Origin: Nitrospinaceae bacterium
Lineage (GTDB): Bacteria; Nitrospinota; Nitrospinia; Nitrospinales; Nitrospinaceae
Assembly (NCBI GenBank): GCA_965223665.1
Contig: OZ245011.1
Coordinates: 3,552,001 to 3,616,000 of the forward strand
Reading direction: 5' to 3'
DNA: 64,000 nucleotides
In this document: positions 29,105 to 39,511 of the stretch, piece after piece
Numbering within the stretch: position 1 is the stretch's first letter
How the letters are laid out: the number at the start of each line of letters is the position of its first letter
Position numbers and translations under genes: made by a program
Notes under the pieces: generated by a model
Database searches by the model: none
What the model was told of the DNA's origin: nothing
What the model saw: only the letters and a program-made list of their open reading frames with translations

Positions 29105-29274
29105 ATAAAGGAAAAGTGGAGATTTTTTTCTTAATGGACGTAAATTTAGAGGAAAACTTTGGATGAGATTACAAATTTTACCTCTGTTTTAGGGATAAGT
29201 TGCAACTATTTTTAAGATAAGTGAGTGAAAAAGGATAATTGCTAATTCAAGACCGTTTTTAAATGATTTTAGGA

Positions 29275-30309
29275 TTATACATTTTTATTCACCCATATAA
29301 TTAATTCGTTTAATCGCCCAAAGTGTTTTCTATCAGATTTAAAAATTAACCTTGGTAGATCCGTAAACTCTCGGTTGGTGACTTCGGTTTCCATAGCTTC
29401 TGAGCTCTCAAAATGGCCTTTTTTTAATAAGTCAGAAAAGTTTTCGTTTAAATATTGAACATGGGATTCTGTCAATTTCCTTTTTAATCGAATAACGGTA
29501 TGGTCGCCAACATAACGCAGTGAATGAAAGTTCTTGTAATAAAGTTTTATGTATTCTACAGCGTCTGGGATGGAATGGGCCACATAGAACAGGTTTAGAT
29601 CAAAATCTGAAATATATTTACCGCCTTGTAATTCTTTTTCAACATATTCTCTCCAGTGTTGCCAATAGGTACCATTCTCGGGCTCAATCATAACAATAGG
29701 ATGAGGTTTGCTTTTTCCAGTTTGAAATAAAGTCAAATTTTCAAATCCCTCATCTAATGTTCCAAATCCTCCTGGAAAAAGAATGGTGGCGTCTGATTCT
29801 TTAATTAGCATTAATTTGCGGGTGAAAAAATATTTAAATGTCATTAATTTGGAGTCACCTTTTATATAGTCATTTGCCAATTGTTCCTGTGGAAGCTTAA
29901 TATTAATCCCAAAACTATTTCCTTTTCCCGCACCCCTGTTAGCCGCTTCCATGATTCCACCCCCAGCCCCTGAAATTATCATGTATCCTTCGTCTACTAA
30001 GGCTTTCGCTAGCTCCTGAGCCATTATATAATTGGGTTCAGTGCTGGAGGTTCTTGCAGAACCAAACATAACCACTTTGGAGGTTTTTCTGTAAGGATAA
30101 AACACGCGGAATGCGTGTCTGAACTCTTTTAATGTTGTGTTGGTTAGTTTAAAATCGCCTCGATCCTTATGTTCACAACCCATTTTTACAATGGATGTAA
30201 AAATTTGATGGAGTAGATCAGAAACATTGGGATTTTCACAATATTCTACTAATTCGTGAATCAATTGCTCAGCTTTTGGATCTCCTACTGTATAATTCGA
30301 GTTGGGCAT
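29275..30309 (-). CDS. LOG family (TIGR00730-like) nucleotide phosphoribohydrolase
   Basis: FGSAR, GGGIMEAANRG, FFTRKLM and PGGFGTLDE. Confidence 0.88.
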   Translation of the reverse strand: MPNSNYTVGDPKAEQLIHELVEYCENPNVSDLLHQIFTSIVKMGCEHKDRGDFKLTNTTLKEFRHAFRVFYPYRKTSKVVMFGSARTSSTEPNYIMAQELAKALVDEGYMIISGAGGGIMEAANRGAGKGNSFGINIKLPQEQLANDYIKGDSKLMTFKYFFTRKLMLIKESDATILFPGGFGTLDEGFENLTLFQTGKSKPHPIVMIEPENGTYWQHWREYVEKELQGGKYISDFDLNLFYVAHSIPDAVEYIKLYYKNFHSLRYVGDHTVIRLKRKLTESHVQYLNENFSDLLKKGHFESSEAMETEVTNREFTDLPRLIFKSDRKHFGRLNELIIWVNKNV

Positions 30310-30361
30310 TAAGTAACTCCTGTTAGCCGTAAATTATTATTATTTTGAAAGAGTTTTTATA

Positions 30362-30580
30362 ATGAGTAATCCTGAACCACCCATTAATGAAAAACTATTA
30401 ATATATTCTATCATCGGGTTGTTGGCAGTTGGTTTTATCAGTGTATTGTTTATTGCAGTGCCTTGGCTTTTGCATGATGGGTCTCCCAGTTGGAAACAAA
30501 TTTTAATTGATGATTCCATCATTATTGCTGTTTTGGTTATGTTTGTTTATGGTTTTTATATGAATACCAAAATGCATTAA
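30362..30580 (+). CDS. Small two-TM membrane protein
   Basis: 72-aa ORF with two clear hydrophobic helices, upstream of yajQ. Confidence 0.6.
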   Translation: MSNPEPPINEKLLIYSIIGLLAVGFISVLFIAVPWLLHDGSPSWKQILIDDSIIIAVLVMFVYGFYMNTKMH

Positions 30581-30650
30581 TTTTTGTTAGTTTAGTTTGC
30601 TCAACAACCAAAATTATTGAATATTCCATTTTAATCATTTCGAGAGGCTT

Positions 30651-31148
30651 ATGGCAAAATCTTCTTCTTTTGATGTTGTATCCAATGTAGATATAAGTGA
30701 AGTAAAAAATGCGGTGAATCAAGCCACCATGGAAATCCGCCAAAGATTTGATTTTAAGAATAGTAAAAGCGAAATTTCGTTAGAAGAAAAAGATGGCAGT
30801 TTGTCTTTAATTTCTGATGATGAACATAAAATGAAATCTGTAGTTGATATTTTGCAGGGAAAATTAGTTAAGCGAGGTGTTGATTTAAAGTCATTAGATT
30901 ATGGAAAAGTGGAACCTGCTGCAGGTGGTACCGTGCGGCAAAATATTAAAATACAGCAAGGAATACCACAGGAAAAGGGAAAGGAAATTGTAAAATTTGT
31001 GAAGACGCTAAACTTCAAAGTGCAGGGACAAGTTATGGAGGATCAAGTTCGAATCACTGGAAAAAATAAGGATGATTTGCAAGGAGTGATTGGTGCACTG
31101 AAACAAAAAGATTTTGGTATTGCAATGTCCTTTACTAATTATCGTTAA
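30651..31148 (+). CDS. yajQ: YajQ family nucleotide-binding protein
   Basis: SFDVVS, RFDFK, KLVKRG, QVRITGK.KDDLQ and FTNYR. Confidence 0.95.
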   Translation: MAKSSSFDVVSNVDISEVKNAVNQATMEIRQRFDFKNSKSEISLEEKDGSLSLISDDEHKMKSVVDILQGKLVKRGVDLKSLDYGKVEPAAGGTVRQNIKIQQGIPQEKGKEIVKFVKTLNFKVQGQVMEDQVRITGKNKDDLQGVIGALKQKDFGIAMSFTNYR

Positions 31149-31955
31149 TTATTTAAAAGTAAAAAAGCCGGGATTTTTTATTTTATATAGGACCAAACTT
31201 AACAAAATTAAAGTTAATAATGTCCCACATAGCCCTAGAATTACTTCGCCTATATAAAACGTAACCGCTAAATTAAATAATAAGACGCCAAAATATACTC
31301 CGGGTCCCAAAAGAGCCTGAGCGGGAACATCACGTTGACCCCAATCTTTAAATGAACTCATTAAAGTTAACCTTCGATTTATATGAGTCCAGCAGAATAG
31401 GATAGTGCTTCCTACCAAAAACCAGCCTCCAAAATTGGTTAGGGGAATGTTGAAGTATTCTCCTTTTTCCTGATAAGTATAAATTTTTCCTAGAAACCAG
31501 CGGTCTCCTAAAAATGCAATGGGATCTATAACAACATCCAAAAGCATAAAAAATGTGGCTCCGGTAAATACAACTTTTAACGAATTTTGAATTTCCTCTC
31601 TTTGTTCAATGCGAATATCCCACCCATTTTTTCTTAGAGGTGACCAGATTAATATAGCCATTGTGTAACTGAAAAAGGATAGAAATGAGTACGAAAGGGA
31701 ATCCATAAAAGGAACGTTAGAAATCCAAAGTTCTTGATTCCTGGTGCTATCAATGTAGCTGTAAAATCCGTAGGGGAATCCATTACGGGTCGAAGAAAAC
31801 TCTGAAAGAAAAGCAATGCTATAGGCTAGAAGAGTGAATAGCAGAGAGCGTTTAAGCCCCATTTGCCAGATTGCAATGGTTAAGTAACATGCCAGGAAAA
31901 CAAATACGTAGGGCCTAAGGAGAATGGTTCCCAAGAGTAAAGAAAAAAAATCCAT
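31149..31955 (-). CDS. CruF/DUF422-like (carotenoid 1,2-hydratase-like) membrane protein
   Basis: E..STRNGFPYG.Y.Y, VP, LDVVIDP.A and YFNIPLTNFGGW. Confidence 0.75.
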   Translation of the reverse strand: MDFFSLLLGTILLRPYVFVFLACYLTIAIWQMGLKRSLLFTLLAYSIAFLSEFSSTRNGFPYGFYSYIDSTRNQELWISNVPFMDSLSYSFLSFFSYTMAILIWSPLRKNGWDIRIEQREEIQNSLKVVFTGATFFMLLDVVIDPIAFLGDRWFLGKIYTYQEKGEYFNIPLTNFGGWFLVGSTILFCWTHINRRLTLMSSFKDWGQRDVPAQALLGPGVYFGVLLFNLAVTFYIGEVILGLCGTLLTLILLSLVLYKIKNPGFFTFK

Positions 31956-32960
31956 TTACAATGATCTCTGATTCGTTTTAACCATGTTATTTTCCCTCAT
32001 CCAATGGACTGCTTCTTTGAGGGCTAATTCAACCGGTCTTTGGGGTAAACCTAATTCCCTTACGGCTTTGGAAGCATCAAAATACATGTGATATTTTGCC
32101 ATTTTTACACCGTCAAGAGGGACAGCAGGGGGAGTTTGAGTTAATCGGGAAACCACTTCACAAAACCAGCCTGCGGTATAAGCAATGAAGTATGGCATTT
32201 TCACTGTAGGGGCGGGTAGACCAGAAATTTTTCCCAATGCATCCAATATTTCTTTTAAGGACATATTCTCATTGCCCAGAATATAGCGTTCTCCGACTTT
32301 ACCTTTTTTTTCTGCCAATAAATGGCCACGAGCACAATCATCAACATGTATTAAATTTAAACCAGTATCTAAAAAAGCAGGCATTTTACGGTTCAAAAAG
32401 TCTTGAATCAGTTTTCCCGTTGGGGTGGGTTTAATGTCACGAGGGCCTACGGGAGTGCTAGGATTGACTATCACCACCGGTAATCCATTTTTACTGAAGT
32501 CAAGAGCAACCTGCTCAGCTTGAAATTTGGACAGTTTATAATCGTTACATAAAATTGAAGGGTTCAAAGGAGTATCTTCATTTGAAGGTGTACTATCTGG
32601 ATTCAACCCAATGCAACCCACTGTGCTGGTATAAATTACTTTTGAAATATTGGATTCTTGCGCTGCTTGTAAGACATTTCGAGTTCCACCAACGTTGATA
32701 TCAAACATTAACTGCTTATCTTGGCTCCACAGGCTGTAAAAAGCCGCACAGTGATAAAGGGTGAGACAGCCTTTTAGAGCACTTCTAAGGGATTCTGGGT
32801 CTCGTAGATCGCCAAAGGAGACTTCAATATCCAATCCCTCGATGTTTGATAAATCGGCACCTTTCCGGACCAAAACTCTCACCGACCGATTATCTTTTAA
32901 CAATTCACGGACAATAGCGGATCCCAAAAAACCCGTTGATCCTGTAACTAGAGTTTTCAT
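31956..32960 (-). CDS. hpnA: Hopanoid-associated sugar epimerase / dihydroflavonol-reductase-like SDR
   Basis: VTGSTGFLGS, HCAA.YSLW, YKLSK, VNPSTPVGPRDIKPTPTG and GERYILG. Confidence 0.85.
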   Translation of the reverse strand: MKTLVTGSTGFLGSAIVRELLKDNRSVRVLVRKGADLSNIEGLDIEVSFGDLRDPESLRSALKGCLTLYHCAAFYSLWSQDKQLMFDINVGGTRNVLQAAQESNISKVIYTSTVGCIGLNPDSTPSNEDTPLNPSILCNDYKLSKFQAEQVALDFSKNGLPVVIVNPSTPVGPRDIKPTPTGKLIQDFLNRKMPAFLDTGLNLIHVDDCARGHLLAEKKGKVGERYILGNENMSLKEILDALGKISGLPAPTVKMPYFIAYTAGWFCEVVSRLTQTPPAVPLDGVKMAKYHMYFDASKAVRELGLPQRPVELALKEAVHWMRENNMVKTNQRSL

Positions 32961-33064
32961 ATTTAATAAAAGAGGTGTTGTTGCGGAAATGGTAACAACG
33001 AAATTTTCATTTTAAGGATTTAAGAGTGAAAACAAATTCCAAATTTTGAAGGTTTTTGGAGGAC

Positions 33065-34144
33065 TTATTGATAAAAAATTTCTATATTTGCTTCTTTTCT
33101 TAGCGTCTTTAATTGTTCTTCCCGCTTATTTGCAACGGCCTTTTTAAAAAGAATATTCAGTATGTCTGCTTTAACCTGGTCGAACTCTACCAAGCTTTCT
33201 GGAATTTTTTCTTTAAGTTTCAATATGTGATATCCATAGGAAGTTCTAACAATATCACTGGTTTCTCCGGATCTCATATTTACCATTACCTTGGCCATTT
33301 CGGGAAATACATCTTCAGGAGTAACAGATCCTAATAATCCACCATTTTTCCCGGACCGATCATCCTCAGATAGTTCCTTGGCCAAGGCTTCAAAATCACT
33401 CCCTTCCTTTAATTGAGCCTTAATCTTTTCAATTTTGGTTTTGGCATCCTCATCCATCAAGGCGTGAAAGGATTCCGCCTTTTTTCGTAGATCCGGGTCT
33501 TTTGGGAGTTCTTCGGGTTGTGGTTTTACCGAAACGACAAAAATATGATAAAGCGTAAACTTCTCTGGTTGTTGAAATTGGCTCGAATTTTTTTCATAAA
33601 ACTCTTTTGCTTCATTATCACTAACATTAACATTAGGGGCTACCTGTTTGCGTATATACTCTTCCTCAGCCAGCTGTCGCTCTAAACTTCTTCTTAATAG
33701 TGGAATATTTAAACCCTGTGCTTTGAGGGCAATTTGGAACATTTCTTCTGATGGAAATTGCTGAGTAATTTTTTGAATTTCATCGTCGATGTTTTTAGGT
33801 TCAATCTGAATTTTCATTTTTTGAGTTTCCTGAAAAACGAGTTCTTGATCGACCATTTTTGACAATGCTTCCTTGGCAAACTTGGCTTCTTCTTGTGAAG
33901 TGATTGCGTGACCGCGTTGGCTGGAAACTATACGATAGGTTTGCAGTTGATTTTTTAAAACGGCAGAATCGAGGTTTTTCCCATTAACTGTAGCAACTAC
34001 TTTCGGAACGGATTGACCATTTATAGAAAATGATTCTCCTGAGTCTGCAAATGCAAAAACGGGCAATGCAAATATTATCATCAATAAGTTAACTAGTCTC
34101 ACTGTCAAAACAACAACAGAAGAAACCCTTTTTTGAAAATCCAT
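33065..34144 (-). CDS. SurA/PrsA-like exported parvulin chaperone
   Basis: Signal peptide, VVATVNG, F..PE....HI, FEALAKELSED..SGKNGGLLG and YGYHILK. Confidence 0.88.
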   Translation of the reverse strand: MDFQKRVSSVVVLTVRLVNLLMIIFALPVFAFADSGESFSINGQSVPKVVATVNGKNLDSAVLKNQLQTYRIVSSQRGHAITSQEEAKFAKEALSKMVDQELVFQETQKMKIQIEPKNIDDEIQKITQQFPSEEMFQIALKAQGLNIPLLRRSLERQLAEEEYIRKQVAPNVNVSDNEAKEFYEKNSSQFQQPEKFTLYHIFVVSVKPQPEELPKDPDLRKKAESFHALMDEDAKTKIEKIKAQLKEGSDFEALAKELSEDDRSGKNGGLLGSVTPEDVFPEMAKVMVNMRSGETSDIVRTSYGYHILKLKEKIPESLVEFDQVKADILNILFKKAVANKREEQLKTLRKEANIEIFYQ

Positions 34145-34164
34145 CTAGGTTTTGCCTCCTTAAT

Positions 34165-34662
34165 TTATTGAGGGGGAGCAGGTAAAATTGAATTATACCA
34201 CTTTCCCCATTGAACGGAGGAGACATGGTGTTTAAAGCTTGGATAGGGTTCGTACCAAGCCAAATAATCTCCTGAATATCCTTTTAACCCTTTGTTGAAA
34301 GTCCATTGCTTGGGAGCAAACTGATCTATGTCTTCGATTATTACCGGAGAGTCGTCTTTTTTGTAAACGATTAAATAACCCTGGTTTTTTTCATGATTAT
34401 CCTGTCCGAATATCGTGACAGTAGTACCTGCTTTTCCTAACAAATGCATGTAATAAAAGCCAGTTTGGGAATGTAAGTTATAAGTAGTCAGGTCTTTCAG
34501 ATTTTTGTTTTCAGCTACCGAGAAAAGGTCAGTGCAAGGTTCACAAGGTCCCAATAAAAAAGGGTCTCTTTTAAATAGTTGCAGTTCAGCCTGATTATTG
34601 GCAAATGAGGGAGGAATAAAGAAAAGTATAAAAATTGAGGAAAGCACAAATTGTCTAGTCAT
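34165..34662 (-). CDS. Exported hypothetical protein (CxxC)
   Basis: AGGAG SD, signal-peptide-like N-terminus, CEPC motif. Confidence 0.6.
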   Translation of the reverse strand: MTRQFVLSSIFILFFIPPSFANNQAELQLFKRDPFLLGPCEPCTDLFSVAENKNLKDLTTYNLHSQTGFYYMHLLGKAGTTVTIFGQDNHEKNQGYLIVYKKDDSPVIIEDIDQFAPKQWTFNKGLKGYSGDYLAWYEPYPSFKHHVSSVQWGKWYNSILPAPPQ

Positions 34663-34767
34663 TTTGCTTTCTCCTTTAAGAAGTTAGTTTATAGAGTTGG
34701 TATCTCTTAATAACAACCATTATATGATGAGTCAAAGGAGAGAAACAATAAGGAGAGGTAAAAAGAC

Positions 34768-34801
34768 AAAAAAAACCGGAGCGGGGAAACCCCCGCTCCG
34801 G
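34768..34801 (-). terminator. Rho-independent terminator of the porin gene
   Basis: CCGGAGCGGGG-4nt-CCCCGCTCCGG, an 11-bp perfect stem followed by U8 on the minus strand. Confidence 0.9.
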
Positions 34802-34822
34802 AATAATTCTAAGTAAGAAATA

Positions 34823-36271
34823 TTAGAACTTAACAGTGAACATAACCCATGCCCAATCAGCATCTTGATTGTTTGGGTCGGCTGATCCACCACCAATATC
34901 AAAGCCACTCACTGCATAAAATAACTCGTTGGCAAAATAACGAGAATAACCAGCACTGATTGTAGTGTTGGCACTGTATTTGTAAACAGCGATTAAATCC
35001 AACTCATGGCCTAATGTTTGACCCGTAGATCCACCGAATGGACCAGCGGCAGCACCTATGGTAGCAGCTAATCCTGCATTTGCACTGTCACCTAAATCAG
35101 CGGCGGTTTGGAATAAATGCCAATGTGCTTTTAAGGTCAAGTTAGCCATAGGTTTAATAGACCCTTTAATGGCCCAGTCAATCAATCCTAAGAAAGCAGT
35201 GTTAGCTCCGGCAGGATTCAAATAAGTATCAATTAAACCGTAGAACTTATGGCCAGTATCAAATAGGGTATTAAAAGTTTTATTTGCACCTGCTGTACGG
35301 TCAGCTGCATCGGAACCTGAGAGGTAATCCCACCATAGGGTAATGTTTGGGGACCACATAACACTGGTAAAGGTTTTGCCTACACGAATACCAATTAAAT
35401 AGGCGCTTCGACCTGAACTTCCTGCTGGTGCAAATAGGGAACTGTTACCAAACTGGTAGTAAAATTCACCACGGTAGTCTATTCCTGCAACTTGACCTGC
35501 TTGGCGTACACCTATGGTCCAAATGTCATTATCTGCAACTGGTGGCCCGCCTGCAGTAGTTTGAGTAACATTTCCGGCAGCCCCATTGTCAATATCTGAA
35601 TAAACGAAATATAAGGAAGTAGATGAATTAGCTCCTGGAACAAGCCCTTGAAAATTAGCGAAAACAATCCAATTGGTGAAATCATTATTGTCATTTAACG
35701 ATGTTCCATTAAATGCACCTGGACCTTGACGCGCATTATCTACAGATTTGGAATAAATGGCATGAATAGTATGATTGCCATGTTTATGGGTCAACATAAC
35801 TAAATCATGAGATTGACCACCCTGTGTCCAAATGGTATTACCGAATAATCGATGTCCATCCAGAACCACTTCTTTTCTACCTACTAAAACGTCAATAGGC
35901 ATCCCAAAAAAATCCTTCAACAACATGTAAACCTGATGGAATCCCACATCGTTGGTAATTGAATTTGCTGATGTAGGGTTATGGTCAGTCGGATTAGCTG
36001 GCGTTGCTAACCCTGAACCAAACCGATGGTTGGATTGTAGTTGAAAAAATGCGTGAGTTTTGGAATCAACTTCAACTTTGGCATTGAGCCGCGCCCGCAC
36101 ATTAATAAAAGTAGACGCGTTAGAAGTAGTGTTAAAACCTCTTTGTTCCCAGAGTTCCCAACGGGGGCGAACTAAACCGCCAAATGTTACGTTTGCCGCT
36201 TGCGCTACAACGGTTCCTACCATTAGGAAGGAAACCACGGCCGCGACCACGGTAAAAAATCTCCTCTTCAT
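34823..36271 (-). CDS. Alginate-export (AlgE-like) family outer membrane porin
   Basis: Start MKRR behind GGAGGAGGT; signal peptide; GR.E...DGHRLFG...W.Q, TGHKFYG..D and LG.ELD; terminal Phe. Confidence 0.8.
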   Translation of the reverse strand: MKRRFFTVVAAVVSFLMVGTVVAQAANVTFGGLVRPRWELWEQRGFNTTSNASTFINVRARLNAKVEVDSKTHAFFQLQSNHRFGSGLATPANPTDHNPTSANSITNDVGFHQVYMLLKDFFGMPIDVLVGRKEVVLDGHRLFGNTIWTQGGQSHDLVMLTHKHGNHTIHAIYSKSVDNARQGPGAFNGTSLNDNNDFTNWIVFANFQGLVPGANSSTSLYFVYSDIDNGAAGNVTQTTAGGPPVADNDIWTIGVRQAGQVAGIDYRGEFYYQFGNSSLFAPAGSSGRSAYLIGIRVGKTFTSVMWSPNITLWWDYLSGSDAADRTAGANKTFNTLFDTGHKFYGLIDTYLNPAGANTAFLGLIDWAIKGSIKPMANLTLKAHWHLFQTAADLGDSANAGLAATIGAAAGPFGGSTGQTLGHELDLIAVYKYSANTTISAGYSRYFANELFYAVSGFDIGGGSADPNNQDADWAWVMFTVKF

Positions 36272-36426
36272 GCTTACCTCCTCCAATAATTCTAGATTAA
36301 ACTAACAAATTGCCAATTATTATATACCTAAAACTAATAAAATCAATAGCTTATTGCAGAATTTTTAAGAAAATAGGGCAGGATTGCGTTTGGCCCTCCT
36401 CCAAACTCCCTATTGGCTCAAGGGAT

Positions 36427-38271
36427 TTACCAAAAATAGGTAAAAATCGTCGTTAATTTTTTTCCTTTAAAAATACCACCAGCATCACTAACAGATGCTA
36501 AATGAAGCTTTTTAGAGTTTTCAGAATCCTGTAATAAAAAAGCGGCTAAATAGCCTTTTTGTTTTTTTGTTTCGTGAATTCTTTCTAAACCATCAGGATT
36601 AACGCTTAACACCACCAGACTACAGTTATTAATCACCACCAGACTGGATAATAAGGAGCCTCCAAACCGGTGATTTTTAGGGAGCAAAAGGAACTTTTGA
36701 TCCTGGTGGCGGGCTAATAGAATCCTTCCTTTAAAGCCAACAGGCTGGGGCTCATCGGGATGGTTGAAAGTGCCATCTACTTGATCCTTAATGGCTACAT
36801 TTATCATCCGCGGGTCATGCCCAAAATACTCGTCGGACTTTACAAGAAGCCTACCGCGGGAAGAATATACCCGCAACTTATAATCCTTGTCAAGCATTAT
36901 TATTTCAGGTCCTGGTTTTGGGTCTAAGTTACTCAAATTTAAACCGTAAACGTTAAAATCGACTCCTCGAATTTTAGGTAAAGGAAGCTCCTTATCCAGA
37001 GAGAATTTTTTGTCCTTATTTTTTACAAGGAACAGTCCTTTTCGGAAGGGGCCATCCATATTCGGCTTTTGAGCAATGAGTTTGGGAGGGCTATCCAAAG
37101 GACGCAACACGCGGAAATACAAATTAACTTCCTTCCATATCATAGAAAGTTTGCTTTGGCCGGGTAGAATTTCCAAAACAAATGAGCTTAATCTTTCGCT
37201 AACATCGTTGGTAACAAAAACTTCGGCTCTTCCATTTTTATTTATATCAGCAACATCTACAGACAAAAAGTTGTTGATTACGGGTTGAAAAACTTTTTGG
37301 CCAATTTTTCGAAATCGATTATTCTCAAAAGCGTAGATCATTACTCTATGATCATCAATAAATACAAAATCTTCTTTACCATCTCCGTTCAGGTCGCCCG
37401 AGTCCATATCAACTAACTCGAAATCAAACTCTTGTTTTGCCAAAAATTTAAAAAATTTATCTTTGGTTCTGAGATCTGTTTGAACACTTTGATCTCTTTT
37501 TGGAGTCGGTTCGAAATCTTTTGGAATGTCTGTTAAGACTTTTGCTTGTTTGGTGATAGTGCTGTCTTTTGTGGAAATTAATTTGTAAGAAAGCGCGGCT
37601 TTGTTTTTGATTTTTTCTATATTTGAAAAAAGAATGTAATCAGGATTGATTTCTCTTTTTAATTGAGACATAGCACTGGGATGTTCAAGGTCTCTGATGC
37701 TAATTCCTTTTTCCAACATCCAAAGTTCTAAATCAAAAGGTAACGCTTGGAGCCTGGGACTCTGGTCTAACAAGGATTCAATTTCTAATCCCAGTCCCTT
37801 AGTATTGATATTTTCATTTTTTCGGCTCTGAATGGGCGCAACGAGAATTTTGATTTTTTTAAATTGACTACGAACAACATCGCCCTTTAAAGGGGTTTGT
37901 TTGGAAGATAGAACTTTGGCTAGGGAGTAATCTCTGCGAATTTCCAAAACCTCAACTTGGCCAATATCAATTTCTTTTTTACCAATTACCTTCTTGGTGA
38001 CAGGGTGGGTTAAGGGTTTACCATAGCGAATTACTTTTAGTTGATCTTTAGGATTTATGGTTTGACCCTGGTTAAGGTCAATGGTCAAAATGTCTCCATC
38101 AACCGAGAGAACATATCCTTCTAAGTATGGAAATAAGGATTCAATTTGTTTTACCATCCGGGATAAATTAGCTTTCGTGGTATGGGACCCTTGTGCAGAA
38201 GACAGGGAGGTTACAAATAAAATAGAAAATATTATTAAGCACAAGGTAAAAAAAAGTGGTTTGGTTTTCAT
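36427..38271 (-). CDS. Exported FG-GAP/VCBS repeat protein
   Basis: Signal peptide; GDLNGDGKED, ADINKNGRAEVFV and NLDPKPGPEI repeats. Confidence 0.75.
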   Translation of the reverse strand: MKTKPLFFTLCLIIFSILFVTSLSSAQGSHTTKANLSRMVKQIESLFPYLEGYVLSVDGDILTIDLNQGQTINPKDQLKVIRYGKPLTHPVTKKVIGKKEIDIGQVEVLEIRRDYSLAKVLSSKQTPLKGDVVRSQFKKIKILVAPIQSRKNENINTKGLGLEIESLLDQSPRLQALPFDLELWMLEKGISIRDLEHPSAMSQLKREINPDYILFSNIEKIKNKAALSYKLISTKDSTITKQAKVLTDIPKDFEPTPKRDQSVQTDLRTKDKFFKFLAKQEFDFELVDMDSGDLNGDGKEDFVFIDDHRVMIYAFENNRFRKIGQKVFQPVINNFLSVDVADINKNGRAEVFVTNDVSERLSSFVLEILPGQSKLSMIWKEVNLYFRVLRPLDSPPKLIAQKPNMDGPFRKGLFLVKNKDKKFSLDKELPLPKIRGVDFNVYGLNLSNLDPKPGPEIIMLDKDYKLRVYSSRGRLLVKSDEYFGHDPRMINVAIKDQVDGTFNHPDEPQPVGFKGRILLARHQDQKFLLLPKNHRFGGSLLSSLVVINNCSLVVLSVNPDGLERIHETKKQKGYLAAFLLQDSENSKKLHLASVSDAGGIFKGKKLTTIFTYFW

Positions 38272-38291
38272 ACTGGAATGAATAAGTTTTA

Positions 38292-39506
38292 TTAAGTATT
38301 CAATAATTGGACTGTAACTTTTTCCCCGTTCTGAATTTCTTCTTTTTCCAGGGGAAAAACTAACAACCCATTTGCATATACAGTAGATTTTAACACGCCA
38401 GAACCTTGCTCTTGAGCTGGAGTGACAATATATTCTCCATTATCCCATGAAACTATAGAGCTAAGAAAGTGGAGGCGTCCAGGTTTTTTGCGGATGGTGC
38501 GGGTGAGTTGGGCTTGTACAGTCCTGGGTTCCAAGTTCGATGCGTGCATCATTTTCTTAAGGGAAGGGCGAACAAATTGTTCAAAGGAAACAAACGAAGA
38601 AACCGGATTCCCGGGTAGGCCAAAGATGGGGGTTTCACCAATTTTCCCAAAGGCTAAAGGTTTGCCAGGCTTCATAGCCACTTTCCAAAAAACCATATCA
38701 TTTCCCATTTTCTTTAAGCTGGCTTTAACCAGATCATAATCACCTACAGAAACTCCCCCGGAAGAAACGATGACATCGCATTGTAAAGCCCATTCAAATT
38801 TTTGCATTAGGTCTGCCTCATCGTCGGAAGCAATTCCCAGGTAGCTCGGAATTCCTCCAGCGGATTTTACTTGAGCGGAAAGCATGTGACCATTACTGTT
38901 ATAAATGCATGGTCCCTGGGGTTGTTCATCCAGTTCAGCAAGTTCATCTCCTGTGGATAAAATGGCAACAGTTGGCCTTTGACCAACAAACACATGAGAG
39001 CGGCCACATACAGCCATCATTCCAATATGAGAAGGCGTTATCGTTACCCCTTTTTCAATGACAGTCTCGCCTTCCTTAACATCCTCTCCAGCCAAACGAA
39101 TATTTTCACCTTCTTCGGCTTTATCTTTTGCAAGAATAAATTGGCCATTTTTTTCTGTATCTTCTTGCATGAGTACTGCATTGGCGCCGGGGGGTATGGG
39201 AGCACCCGTCATGATGCGAATGGTTTGCATTGACTGCAGTTGTTTTTGCGCGATTTCACCCGCCGCAACATTTTCCACTACTTCTAACTTTACTGGATTT
39301 TCCGGGGTCGCTGATTCAATGTCTTTTGCAATTACGGCGTACCCATCCATAGCGGAATTGTCCATAGGAGGATTGGCTCGACGAGCTTTTATGTCCTCGG
39401 CTAAAACTCGATATAGAGCCCTGTCCAAGGGAACTTTTTCAACTCCTTTGGGTTCAATTTTGGATAAAATAGTTTTCAAGGCCTCATCAACCGTAATCAA
39501 TCCCAT
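38292..39506 (-). CDS. moeA: Molybdopterin molybdenumtransferase
   Basis: NSAMDGYA, IMTGAPIP.GA, STGDEL, SGGVSVGD.D, KPGKP and GLPGNPVS. Confidence 0.96.
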   Translation of the reverse strand: MGLITVDEALKTILSKIEPKGVEKVPLDRALYRVLAEDIKARRANPPMDNSAMDGYAVIAKDIESATPENPVKLEVVENVAAGEIAQKQLQSMQTIRIMTGAPIPPGANAVLMQEDTEKNGQFILAKDKAEEGENIRLAGEDVKEGETVIEKGVTITPSHIGMMAVCGRSHVFVGQRPTVAILSTGDELAELDEQPQGPCIYNSNGHMLSAQVKSAGGIPSYLGIASDDEADLMQKFEWALQCDVIVSSGGVSVGDYDLVKASLKKMGNDMVFWKVAMKPGKPLAFGKIGETPIFGLPGNPVSSFVSFEQFVRPSLKKMMHASNLEPRTVQAQLTRTIRKKPGRLHFLSSIVSWDNGEYIVTPAQEQGSGVLKSTVYANGLLVFPLEKEEIQNGEKVTVQLLNT

Positions 39507-39511
39507 TCTAG

